DNA of 64,000 nt from Hydrogenophaga sp. GTDB taxonomy: Bacteria > Pseudomonadota > Gammaproteobacteria > Burkholderiales > Burkholderiaceae_C. Numbering within the stretch: position 1 is the first letter of the stretch; each line of letters opens with the position of its first letter. Where the stretch lies: contig NZ_JAHCKK010000015.1 in the NCBI RefSeq assembly GCF_026125825.1, positions 629 to 64,628 of the forward strand. The letters run 5' to 3'. Below are positions 1 through 8,635 of the stretch, piece by piece. Both the position numbers and the translations under genes were made by a program. The notes under the pieces were generated by a model. It did not search any database. It was not told the DNA's origin and saw only the letters and a program-made list of their open reading frames with translations.

Positions 1-23
1 ACGCCTTCCTGATCGCCCTCACC

Positions 24-1217
24 ATGAAACTTCAGTTTTCCGACGCCGACGAGGCCTTCCGCCTGGAAGTGCGCCAGTTTGTCAAAGACCACCTCCCGCC
101 CGAGATCCGGCGCAAGGTGGAGCTCGGCCTGCGCCTGGAGCACGCCGACTACGTCACCTGGTTCCGCCTGCTGGAGGCACGCGGCTGGCTCACGCCGGGC
201 TGGCCTGTGGAGCACGGCGGCCCCGGCTGGAACGCGGTGCAGCGCTACATCTTCGACGAAGAGACGCTGCTGGGCGGCGCGCCGCGCATCATCGCCAGCG
301 GCATCCAGATGCTGGGCCCGGTGCTGCACGCCTTTGGCACCGAGGAACAGAAGAAGAAGTACCTGCCCGACATTCGCCAGAGCAACACCTGGTGGGCGCA
401 AGGCTTCTCCGAGCCGGGCGCGGGCTCGGACCTCGCGGCCGTGCGCACCACCGCCGTGCTTGAACCCGATGGCCAGCACTTCGTGGTCAACGGCCACAAG
501 GTCTGGACGTCCTACGCGCACTGGTGCTCGATGATGTTCGCGCTGGTGCGCACCGACCCGAACGCCAGCAAGCCGCAAGAAGGCATCTCCTTCCTGCTGA
601 TCGACATGAACTCGCCGGGCCTCACGGTGCGGCCGATCCGCCTGCTCGAAGGCGGCACCGACCTCAACGAGTGTTTCCTGGACAACGTGCGCGTGCCGGT
701 CGAGAACCTCGTGGGCGAGTTGCACAAGGGCTGGTCCTACGGCAAGTACCTGCTGGGCCACGAGCGCACCGGCATCGCCGGCATCGGCTCGTGCAAGCAG
801 CAGCTGGCGCGCGCGCGCCGGCTGGCCGAGCGCCAGGGCCTGTGCGACGACCCCGTGCTGCAGGCGCGGCTGGCGCAGTTCGAGGTCGAGCTGATGGCGC
901 TGGAATTCACCGCCCTGCGCCTGCTGTGCGACCACCAGCAGAGCCGCACGCCTGGCGTGGAGGCCTCCATGCTCAAGGTGCGCGGCACCGAGCTGCGCCA
1001 GGCCATCTTCGAAGCGCTGCTGGACATCGCGGGCCCTGACGCCGTGCCTTTCTCGGCGGCGGCACAGCACCTTGAACAGTTGGACGAGGCGGCCACCGAC
1101 CCCGAGCTGGTGGCGCTGGCGGCCAACTGCCTGGACGCCCGAAAACTCACGATTTACGGCGGCACCAGTGAAGTGCAGCGCAACCTGATCGCGCGCGCCA
1201 CGCTCGATGCCTTCTGA
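24..1217 (+). CDS. acyl-CoA dehydrogenase family protein
   Basis: 397-aa ORF with ACAD-like layout: N-terminal helical part, middle domain WAQGFSEPGAGSDLAAVRT, C-terminal IYGGTSEVQRN. Lies 10 nt upstream of a second ACAD gene. Confidence 0.9.
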   Translation: MKLQFSDADEAFRLEVRQFVKDHLPPEIRRKVELGLRLEHADYVTWFRLLEARGWLTPGWPVEHGGPGWNAVQRYIFDEETLLGGAPRIIASGIQMLGPVLHAFGTEEQKKKYLPDIRQSNTWWAQGFSEPGAGSDLAAVRTTAVLEPDGQHFVVNGHKVWTSYAHWCSMMFALVRTDPNASKPQEGISFLLIDMNSPGLTVRPIRLLEGGTDLNECFLDNVRVPVENLVGELHKGWSYGKYLLGHERTGIAGIGSCKQQLARARRLAERQGLCDDPVLQARLAQFEVELMALEFTALRLLCDHQQSRTPGVEASMLKVRGTELRQAIFEALLDIAGPDAVPFSAAAQHLEQLDEAATDPELVALAANCLDARKLTIYGGTSEVQRNLIARATLDAF

Positions 1218-1226
1218 GGACCGACC

Positions 1227-2333
1227 ATGGATTTCTCTCTGAACGACGACCACCTGGCCCTGCGCGACGCGGTGCAGCGCTTTTGCGACGGCGAGTACCC
1301 GACGGAACACCGGGGCCAGGCCGAAACACCCCAGCGCGCCGCCGAGCGCTGGGCCGGCATGGCCGGCCTGGGGCTGCTGGGCCTGCCCTTTCCGGCCGAG
1401 GCCGGCGGCAGCGAACAAGGCCCGGTGGAGGTGATGCTGGTGGTGCAGGAACTCGGCCGTGCGCTGGGCGGCGGCGCCTTCGTGGCCAGCACCGTGATGG
1501 CGGGCCGGCTGATCGCGCAGCTGGGCTCGCCCGCGCAGCAGCAGCGCTGGCTGCCGGATCTGGCCAGCGGTGCGCTGCAGGCCGCGGTGGCGCTGTACGA
1601 AGACGGCTTGCGCTACGACTGGCGGCACGTCGCGCTGCAGGCGCGCGCAGTGCCGGGCGGCCACGCGCTCCACGGCCGCAAGACAGGCGTGCCGCACGGC
1701 GACAGCGCGGGCCTGCTGCTTGTGGTCGCGCGCGACGCCGACTGCGACGGCCTCTCGGTGTTCGCGGTGGATGCGAACGCGCCAGGCGTGCGTGTGCGCG
1801 GCTTCGACACGCTGGACAACCGGCGCGCCGCGCACGTGGACTTCGACGGCGTGCAGGTGGATGCCTCGCGCCGGCTGGGCCGAGCAGGCGAAGCGCAGGC
1901 CGCCGTGGAGGCCGCACTCGATGCCGGCATCGCGGCCCTGTGCGCCGAAGCCGTGGGCGTGGTCGATGCGCTGATCGTGCACACCGCCGAGCACCTGCGC
2001 ACGCGCAAACAGTTCGGCGCCCCGCTGGCGAAATTCCAGGTGATGCAGCACCGCCTGGCCGACATGGCGATCGCGCTGGAGCAGCTCAAGTCCATGGCCT
2101 GTGTGGCCGCGATGGCGATCGATGCGGACGCACCGGCGCAGCGCCGCCGCCTGGTCTCGGCCGCCAAGGTGCTGGTGAGCCAGCAGGGCCGCGCGCTGGG
2201 CCTGCAGGCGATCCAGATGCACGGCGCCATGGGCATGACCGACGAATGCCGCATCAGCCACTTTGCCAAGCGATTGCTGGTGATTGGCCAGCTCTTCGGC
2301 GACGCCGACTGGCACCTGAAACAACTGCACTGA
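1227..2333 (+). CDS. acyl-CoA dehydrogenase family protein (probable partner subunit of the preceding ACAD)
   Basis: 368-aa ORF with ACAD C-terminal domain features (RKQFGAPLAKFQVMQHRLADM, IQMHGAMGMTDE). Shorter than its neighbour and lacks the typical Y-x-G-T-x-E tail. Confidence 0.85.
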   Translation: MDFSLNDDHLALRDAVQRFCDGEYPTEHRGQAETPQRAAERWAGMAGLGLLGLPFPAEAGGSEQGPVEVMLVVQELGRALGGGAFVASTVMAGRLIAQLGSPAQQQRWLPDLASGALQAAVALYEDGLRYDWRHVALQARAVPGGHALHGRKTGVPHGDSAGLLLVVARDADCDGLSVFAVDANAPGVRVRGFDTLDNRRAAHVDFDGVQVDASRRLGRAGEAQAAVEAALDAGIAALCAEAVGVVDALIVHTAEHLRTRKQFGAPLAKFQVMQHRLADMAIALEQLKSMACVAAMAIDADAPAQRRRLVSAAKVLVSQQGRALGLQAIQMHGAMGMTDECRISHFAKRLLVIGQLFGDADWHLKQLH

Positions 2334-2364
2334 CAACCTCTTACACCCACCCGGAGACCACCCC

Positions 2365-3342
2365 ATGAACCGCCCTGCTTTTGTGTCTGTGCTGATGACC
2401 GCCTTGATGTGCGCCTCGATGGTCGCTCAGGCCCAGTCGACCCCGCCCATCAAGATCCTGGTGGGCTTTCCACCCGGCGGCTCCACCGACACGGTGGCCC
2501 GCGTGCTGGCCGAGAAGATGTCGGTGGTGCTCAAGCAAACCATCATCGTGGACAACAAGCCCGGCGCGGGCGGGCGGCTCGCGGCCCAGGCGCTCAAGGC
2601 CAGCGCGCCCGACGGCCTGACCTACATGATTGCGCCCAACGCCACGCCGGTGTTCCAGACCCTGCTCTACCCACCGGACGTGCTGAAGTACGACATGCTG
2701 CAGGACTTCGCACCGGTCGGCGTGGTGGTGTCCTACCCGCTGGCGCTGGCGGTCGGGCAGCACACGGGCGTGAAGACCGCGAAGGACTACCAGGCCTGGC
2801 TCAAGGCCAACCCGAAGGACGCGAGCTTTGGCACCGCGGGCGCGGGCGGCCACACCCACTTCACCGGCCTGCAGCTGGGCAAGGCACTGGGCGTGCCGCT
2901 CACGGCCGTGCCCTACCGCGGCAACGGCCCGCTGGTCACCGACCTGCTGGGCGGCCAGGTGCCGGCCGGGGTGATGACGGCGGGCGACATCCTGCCGCAC
3001 CAGAAGAGCGGCAAGGTCGCGGTGGTCGGCGTCTTCGGTGCCCAGCGTTCGCCGCTGCTGCCCGACGTGCCCACCTTCAAGGAGCAGGGTTTCTCGATCG
3101 ACACCGGCGATGCCTGGACTGGCATGTGGGCGCCCGCGAAGACCCCCAAGGCCACGCTGGAGCGCGTGCAGAACGCGCTGAAGTACACGCTGGCCCTGCC
3201 CGAGGTGCGCGAGATCCTGATCCACAAGGCCATGCTGAACCCGGACTTCCGCTCCGCCGAGGACATGGACAAGCTGCAGCGCGCCGAGCTGGTCTATTGG
3301 CGCCCCGTCATCCAGGCCACCGGCTTCAAGCCCGAGCAATGA
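2365..3342 (+). CDS. Bug/TctC-family tripartite tricarboxylate transporter substrate-binding protein
   Basis: 325 aa. Signal peptide ending AQAQ, then the typical Bug signature IKILVGFPPGGSTDTVARVLA and NKPGAGG. Confidence 0.9.
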   Translation: MNRPAFVSVLMTALMCASMVAQAQSTPPIKILVGFPPGGSTDTVARVLAEKMSVVLKQTIIVDNKPGAGGRLAAQALKASAPDGLTYMIAPNATPVFQTLLYPPDVLKYDMLQDFAPVGVVVSYPLALAVGQHTGVKTAKDYQAWLKANPKDASFGTAGAGGHTHFTGLQLGKALGVPLTAVPYRGNGPLVTDLLGGQVPAGVMTAGDILPHQKSGKVAVVGVFGAQRSPLLPDVPTFKEQGFSIDTGDAWTGMWAPAKTPKATLERVQNALKYTLALPEVREILIHKAMLNPDFRSAEDMDKLQRAELVYWRPVIQATGFKPEQ

Positions 3343-3367
3343 ACCGCCCCCGAAGGAACCCCGCACC

Positions 3368-4582
3368 ATGAGCCTGAATGGAGCCGCCTGCATCGTGGGC
3401 GCCTACGAACACCCGACCCGCAAGGCCGACGACCTGTCGGTGGTGCGCCTGCACGCCGACGTGGCCAAAGGCGCCCTGGACGACGCCGGCCTGAGCAAGA
3501 GCGACATCGACGGCTACTTCTGCGCCGGCGACGCGCCCGGCCTGGGCACGGCCACCGTCGCCGAGTACCTGGGCCTGAAGCTGCGCCACATCGACTCCAC
3601 CGAATGCGGCGGCTCCGCGCCGATCCTGCATGTGGCGCACGCCGCCGAGGCGATCGCTGCCGGCCGCTGCAATGTGGCGCTGATCACGCTGGCCGGGCGC
3701 CCGCGCGCGCAGATGGCGGCGGCGCAGGCGGCGGCGAAAGCCGGCGGCGTGAAGGCGCCGCTGGCGCTCAAGCCGCCGGACCCCGACGCGCCCGAGCTGG
3801 CCTTCGAGCTGCCCTACGGCCCCGCGACGCAGAACCTGTACGCCGCCGTGGCCCGGCGCCACATGCATGAGTTCGGCACCACCAGCGAGCAGCTGGCCTG
3901 GATCAAGGTGGCCGCCTCGCACCACGCGCAGCACAACCCGAACGCCATGCTGCGCGACCGCGTCACGGTCGAGGATGTGCTGAACTCGCCCCTGGTGAGC
4001 GACCCGCTGCACCGGCTGGACTGCTGCGTGATGAGCGACGGCGGCGGCGCGCTCATCGTGGCCAGGCCCGAGATCGCGCGCGAACTGGCGCGCCAGAACG
4101 GCCGCCCGATGGTGCGTGTGCGCGGCACGGGCGAAGCCCCCAAGCACGGCATGGGCGGCCAGATCGACCTGACCTGGTCGGCCGCGGCCTGGTCGGGCCC
4201 TATGGCCTTCGCCGAAGCGCGCGTCAAGCCGGGCGACATCCAGTACGCCTCGCTCTACGACAGCTTCACCATCACCGTGCTGATGCAGCTCGAAGACCTG
4301 GGCTTCTGCGACAAAGGCCAGGGCGGGCGCTTCGTGATGGACGGCAACCTGATCTCCGGCGTGGGCAAGCTGCCCTTCAACACCGACGGTGGCGGCCTGT
4401 GCAACAACCACCCGGCCAACCGCGGCGGTATCACCAAGGTCATCGAGGCCGTGCGCCAGCTGCGCGGCGAAGCCCACCCCGAGGTGCAGGTGCCCAACTG
4501 CCACCTTGCGCTGGCCAGTGGCATCGGCGGTGCGCTCGCCTCGCGCCACACCGCCGCCACCCTGATTCTGGAAAGGGTCTGA
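3368..4582 (+). CDS. thiolase-like protein (SCP-x / lipid-transfer-protein type)
   Basis: 404 aa. Thiolase-fold pattern (AACIVGAYEHP..., C-terminal GGGLCNNHPANRGGITKVIEAVRQLRGEA). Followed 4 nt later by a DUF35 gene, the usual partner. Confidence 0.85.
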   Translation: MSLNGAACIVGAYEHPTRKADDLSVVRLHADVAKGALDDAGLSKSDIDGYFCAGDAPGLGTATVAEYLGLKLRHIDSTECGGSAPILHVAHAAEAIAAGRCNVALITLAGRPRAQMAAAQAAAKAGGVKAPLALKPPDPDAPELAFELPYGPATQNLYAAVARRHMHEFGTTSEQLAWIKVAASHHAQHNPNAMLRDRVTVEDVLNSPLVSDPLHRLDCCVMSDGGGALIVARPEIARELARQNGRPMVRVRGTGEAPKHGMGGQIDLTWSAAAWSGPMAFAEARVKPGDIQYASLYDSFTITVLMQLEDLGFCDKGQGGRFVMDGNLISGVGKLPFNTDGGGLCNNHPANRGGITKVIEAVRQLRGEAHPEVQVPNCHLALASGIGGALASRHTAATLILERV

Positions 4583-4586
4583 CCCC

Positions 4587-4997
4587 ATGAGCACCACCCC
4601 CCCGACCGCACCGCGCCCGCGCCGCATCCCGGCCCCGCGCGCCCTGCCCGAGTCCCTGCCCTACTGGGAGGCGGCCGACAAAGGCCGCCTGCTGATCAAG
4701 CGCTGCCGCGCCTGCGGCGAAGTGCACCACTACCCGCGCGACATCTGCCCGCACTGCCTGAGCGAAAACACCGAATGGCTGGAAACCTCCGGCTTCGGCA
4801 CGGTCTACACCTTCAGCACCATGGGCCAGGGCGAAGCGGCCTACACGCTGGCCTACATCACGCTGGACGAAGGCGTCACGATGATGAGCAACCTGGTCGA
4901 CTGCACCCCGGCGGACCTCGCCATCGGGCAGCGCGTGCGCGTGGTCTTCCAGCCCAGCGACGGCGGCCACCACGTGCCCATGTTCACCCCCCTCTGA
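4587..4997 (+). CDS. Zn-ribbon / OB-fold protein (DUF35 family)
   Basis: 136 aa. Cys4 ribbon CRACGEVHHYPRDICPHC followed by an OB-fold-like C-terminus (GTVYTFST...). Confidence 0.85.
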   Translation: MSTTPPTAPRPRRIPAPRALPESLPYWEAADKGRLLIKRCRACGEVHHYPRDICPHCLSENTEWLETSGFGTVYTFSTMGQGEAAYTLAYITLDEGVTMMSNLVDCTPADLAIGQRVRVVFQPSDGGHHVPMFTPL

Positions 4998-5008
4998 AAG
5001 CGCACCGG

Positions 5009-6226
5009 ATGTCCACCGCCCCATCTTCCGCGCCCCGCACAGGCCCGCTGTCGCACCTCACCATCCTGGACGCCACGCGCGTGCGCGCCGGCCCCACGGC
5101 CATCCGCACCTTCGCCGACCTGGGCGCGCGCGTGATCAAGCTGGAAATCCCGCCGGGTGCACCCGGCGGCGACGACATGATCGGCGGGCGCGACCACAAC
5201 CGCGCCGACTACGAGAACCTGCACCGCAACAAGGAAAGCCTCACGCTCAACATGAAGGCGCCCGAGGGCCTGGCCATCCTGCACGCGCTGGTGAAAGAGG
5301 CCGACGTGTTCATCGAAAACTACCGGCCCGACGTGAAGCACCGCCTGGGCATCGGCCCCGACGACCTGCGCGCCCTCAACCCGCGCCTCATCTACGCCAG
5401 CATCTCCGGCTTCGGCCAGGACGGCCCCTACGCCAACTGGCCGGGCTTTGACTCCATTGCCCAGGGCATGGGCGGCCTGATGAGCGTGACCGGCCAACCC
5501 AGCGAGGGCCCGATGCGCGTGGGCATTCCGATCGCCGACCTGTGCGCCGGGCACTTCTGCGCCCAGGCCATCATGGCCGCGCTGCTGGAGCGCTCGGTGA
5601 CGGGCGAGGGCCAGTGGGTGCACACCTCGCTGCTCGAATCGCAGATCGCCATGCTCGACTTCCAGGCCGCTCAGTGGCTGATCGACCGCAAGGTGCCGCG
5701 CTCCACCGGCAACGAGCACCCGCTGACCGTGCCCACCGGCGTGTTCGAGACCCGCGATGGCCACCTCAACCTCGCGGCCATCGGCCAGACCATGTGGAAG
5801 CGCCTTTGTGAGGCGCTGGAGCTGCCGCAGCTGGTGGACGAACCCGGCTTCGGCTCCGACCCCGAGCGCGTGTGCAACCGCGCGCGCGTGAACGCCGCCA
5901 TTGGCGCGGCCTTCAAGACCCGCAGCACCGCCGAGTGGACCGAGCGCCTGCTCAAGGCCGGCGTGCCCTGCGGGCCGATCTACACGGTGGACCACATGTT
6001 CGAGGACCCGCAGGTCAAGCACCTGGGCATGGCGCGCCCGATGCAGCACCCGGAGCTGGGAGAGATCGAGGTGGTGGGCCTGCCCATGCAATTCTCCAGG
6101 CACCCGCGCAGCGCCGGGCCGCTGGTGCCGGCGCCCCACCAGGGCGACCACACCGACGCCATCCTCGGTGGCCTGGGCTACGGCGCCGAGCAGATCGCGG
6201 CGCTGCGCAGCCAGTTTGTTGTCTGA
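5009..6226 (+). CDS. family III CoA-transferase (CaiB/BaiF type)
   Basis: Start moved to ATG 5009 (MSTAPSS...); the upstream in-frame part overlaps the DUF35 gene. Has the typical LSHLTILDATRVRAGP N-terminus and the GFDSIAQGMGGLMSVTG motif. Confidence 0.9.
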   Translation: MSTAPSSAPRTGPLSHLTILDATRVRAGPTAIRTFADLGARVIKLEIPPGAPGGDDMIGGRDHNRADYENLHRNKESLTLNMKAPEGLAILHALVKEADVFIENYRPDVKHRLGIGPDDLRALNPRLIYASISGFGQDGPYANWPGFDSIAQGMGGLMSVTGQPSEGPMRVGIPIADLCAGHFCAQAIMAALLERSVTGEGQWVHTSLLESQIAMLDFQAAQWLIDRKVPRSTGNEHPLTVPTGVFETRDGHLNLAAIGQTMWKRLCEALELPQLVDEPGFGSDPERVCNRARVNAAIGAAFKTRSTAEWTERLLKAGVPCGPIYTVDHMFEDPQVKHLGMARPMQHPELGEIEVVGLPMQFSRHPRSAGPLVPAPHQGDHTDAILGGLGYGAEQIAALRSQFVV

Positions 6227-6247
6227 CCCTTTCCTGAAGGTTGCACC

Positions 6248-7249
6248 ATGGCCCGACTCGTCGCCGCATTCGGCTCGTCCCACAGCATCATGCTGGTCTC
6301 GCAGCGCGAAGACTGGCAGCACGGCTTTCGCGTGATCGACACGAAGAACGCCCACTACTTCGACCAGCAGGGCGAAAAGACCGACTACCCAACCCTGCTC
6401 GCCCGGGCCCCCGCAGGCTCCGAAGCCATGGTGACGCCCGAGAGGATGGGCCAGCGCTACGACGCCGCCGAGGCCGCGATGGACCAGCTCGGCGAGCGCA
6501 TCCGCGCGGCGCGGCTGGACGTGCTGCTGATCGTTGGCGACGACCAGACCGAGCTGTTCCGCACCAGCAACAACCCCGCGTTCGCGATCTTCTACGGACC
6601 GACCATCCGCAACACCGCGCGCGAGCCCGCCTCGGCGAGCGACAGCTGGGTGAAGTCGGCACGCATGTGGCGCCACGAGCCCGAGACCGACCGTGAGTAC
6701 CCTGTGAAGAGCGACCTGGCCGAGTGGCTCATCCGCCAGCTGTGCGACCGCGACTTCGACATCACGGCCATGGATGGCCTGGAGCGCGGCCAGTCCGAAG
6801 GCCATGCCTTCCAGTTCATCCACCGCCGCCTGCTCAAGGAACTTGCGCTGCCGGTGATCCCGGTGATCCTCAACACCTTCGACCCGCCGAACCAGCCCAC
6901 GCCGCGCCGCTGCGTGGCCCTGGGTGCCGCGCTGCGCGAGCTGGTCGCGACCTGGCCTGAAGACCTGCGCGTGGGCGTGATCGCCTCCGGCGGCCTGAGC
7001 CATTTCGTGGTGGACGAGGCGCTGGACCAGAAGGTCCTCCAGGCCCTGCGCGAGAAGGACAGCCAGACCCTCGCCGCGCTCGACCCCAAGCTGCTGCAGG
7101 CGGGCAGCTCGGAGATCCGCAACTGGCTGGTGGTGGGCGAGATGGCGCGCGAGCTCGACCTCGAATGGGTCGAGTACGTGCCCGGCTACCGAAGCCCTGC
7201 GCTCACCGGCACTGGCCTGGCCTTTGCCGCGTGGAAGACGATCACCTGA
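6248..7249 (+). CDS. LigB-family (class III) extradiol ring-cleavage dioxygenase homologue
   Basis: 333 aa. Aligns by eye to the protocatechuate 4,5-dioxygenase beta subunit: GSSHSI, VGDDQTELF, GGLSHF, GSSEIRNW. Confidence 0.75.
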   Translation: MARLVAAFGSSHSIMLVSQREDWQHGFRVIDTKNAHYFDQQGEKTDYPTLLARAPAGSEAMVTPERMGQRYDAAEAAMDQLGERIRAARLDVLLIVGDDQTELFRTSNNPAFAIFYGPTIRNTAREPASASDSWVKSARMWRHEPETDREYPVKSDLAEWLIRQLCDRDFDITAMDGLERGQSEGHAFQFIHRRLLKELALPVIPVILNTFDPPNQPTPRRCVALGAALRELVATWPEDLRVGVIASGGLSHFVVDEALDQKVLQALREKDSQTLAALDPKLLQAGSSEIRNWLVVGEMARELDLEWVEYVPGYRSPALTGTGLAFAAWKTIT

Positions 7250-7273
7250 ACCCCCTCTCCTGAAAGCCCTGAC

Positions 7274-7951
7274 ATGAGCGACATCTCTCTCCTCGTCCAG
7301 CGCCTGCGCCGCCTCGATGCCTGCGCGGTGTCAGATGCGCTGGACAAGCTGCAACTGCCCGGCGTGGTCACCGGCCTGCCTCAGCGCAGCGGCCCCGGCC
7401 GCATCGCCGGCCGCGCCGTCACCATGAAGGTGGGCCCGGGCCAGCCACCGCCCGGCCCGCCCAGGCACCTGGGCTGCACCGCCGTCGAGCTCGCGGGTGC
7501 GGACGACGTGATCGTGGTCGAACAGCGCTCGGGCCTGGAAGCCGGTTGCTGGGGCGGCCTGCTCACGCTGGGCGCGAAAGTGCGCGGCGTGGCCGGCGTG
7601 ATCGCCGACGGCCCGCTGCGCGACGTGGACGAGGCCATGGCCTACGGCTTTCCGGTGTTCAGCCGCAGCCTGACCTCGCGCACCGCGCGTGGCCGGGTGG
7701 TGGAGCTGGGCGTGCAGGTGCCAGTGACCATCGGTGCGGCCGCTGGCGGCGAAGTCGGTGTGCAGCCGGGCGACTACGTGCTGGCCGACCGCAGTGCCAC
7801 GATCTTTATCGCTGCGGCTGACATCGAGCGCGTGCTGGAGACCGCCGAGGCCATCGTCGCCAAGGAAGCCGCCATGGCCAAAGCCATCCTCTCGGGCACC
7901 CCCATCGGACAGGTGATGGGCGGCCAATACGAACACATGCTGGAGAACTGA
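7274..7951 (+). CDS. RraA-family protein (HMG/CHA aldolase / oxaloacetate decarboxylase-like), copy 1
   Basis: 225 aa. Has DACAVSDALDKL, WGGLLT and GPLRDVDEA motifs. The C-terminal GDxDGVV motif is degenerate (ADRSATIFI). Confidence 0.8.
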   Translation: MSDISLLVQRLRRLDACAVSDALDKLQLPGVVTGLPQRSGPGRIAGRAVTMKVGPGQPPPGPPRHLGCTAVELAGADDVIVVEQRSGLEAGCWGGLLTLGAKVRGVAGVIADGPLRDVDEAMAYGFPVFSRSLTSRTARGRVVELGVQVPVTIGAAAGGEVGVQPGDYVLADRSATIFIAAADIERVLETAEAIVAKEAAMAKAILSGTPIGQVMGGQYEHMLEN

Positions 7952-7954
7952 ACC

Positions 7955-8635
7955 ATGACCACTGCCCCACCCGACCTCCCTATCGATGCCAACGTCGCGC
8001 GCGCCGCGCGCCTCGACACCCCCACCCTGTCCGACGCGCTGGACAAGCTGGGCATCCTGGGCCAGTGCCACAAGATCAAGCCGCGCGACGCGGGCTTTCG
8101 CATGGCCGGGCGCGCCTGGACCCTCAAGTACGGCCCCGCCGCCTCCCCCTGCGGCACGGTGGGCGACTACATCGACGACGTGGCCCCCGGCAGCGTGGTC
8201 GTGCTGGACAACAACGGCTGCGACAACGCCACCGTCTGGGGCGACATCCTGACCGAAATCGCGCACCGGCGCGGCATCGCCGGCACCGTCATCAATGGCA
8301 TCAACCGCGACACCCACCTCTGCCTGTCGCTGGGCTACCCGGTGTTCTCGATCGACCACTGGATGCGCACCGGCAAGGACCGCGTGCAGGTCGAAGCCAC
8401 CGGCGTGCCGGTGAACGTCGGCGGCGCACGCGTCGCGCCGGGCGACATCCTCAAGGGCGACACCGACGGCGTCGTCGTGATTCCCAAGGAGCACGAGGAC
8501 CGCGTGCTGGAGATCGCCGAAGCCATCGAGGCGGCCGAGAACCGCATCCGCGAAACCGTGCGCGCCGGCGTGCGCCTGGACGAGGCGCGCCGGCAGTTCA
8601 AGTACCACCAACTCCAGACCCGCGAGGCCACATGA
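7955..8635 (+). CDS. RraA-family protein, copy 2
   Basis: 226 aa. Has TPTLSDALDKLG, VWGDILTE, NRDTHL and GDTDGVVVIP. Starts 3 nt after copy 1. Confidence 0.85.
   Translation: MTTAPPDLPIDANVARAARLDTPTLSDALDKLGILGQCHKIKPRDAGFRMAGRAWTLKYGPAASPCGTVGDYIDDVAPGSVVVLDNNGCDNATVWGDILTEIAHRRGIAGTVINGINRDTHLCLSLGYPVFSIDHWMRTGKDRVQVEATGVPVNVGGARVAPGDILKGDTDGVVVIPKEHEDRVLEIAEAIEAAENRIRETVRAGVRLDEARRQFKYHQLQTREAT

Noticed and set aside
1147-1917. 256-aa Arg/Pro/Ala-rich minus-strand ORF
   Set aside because: It is extremely biased low-complexity translation antisense to the two ACAD genes.
4853-7003. 716-aa ORF on the minus strand
   Set aside because: It is antisense to the well-supported CoA-transferase and LigB-like genes. 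The translation is Ala/Gly/Arg/Val-rich with no recognisable motifs. This is a typical stop-codon-poor shadow frame of high-GC DNA.
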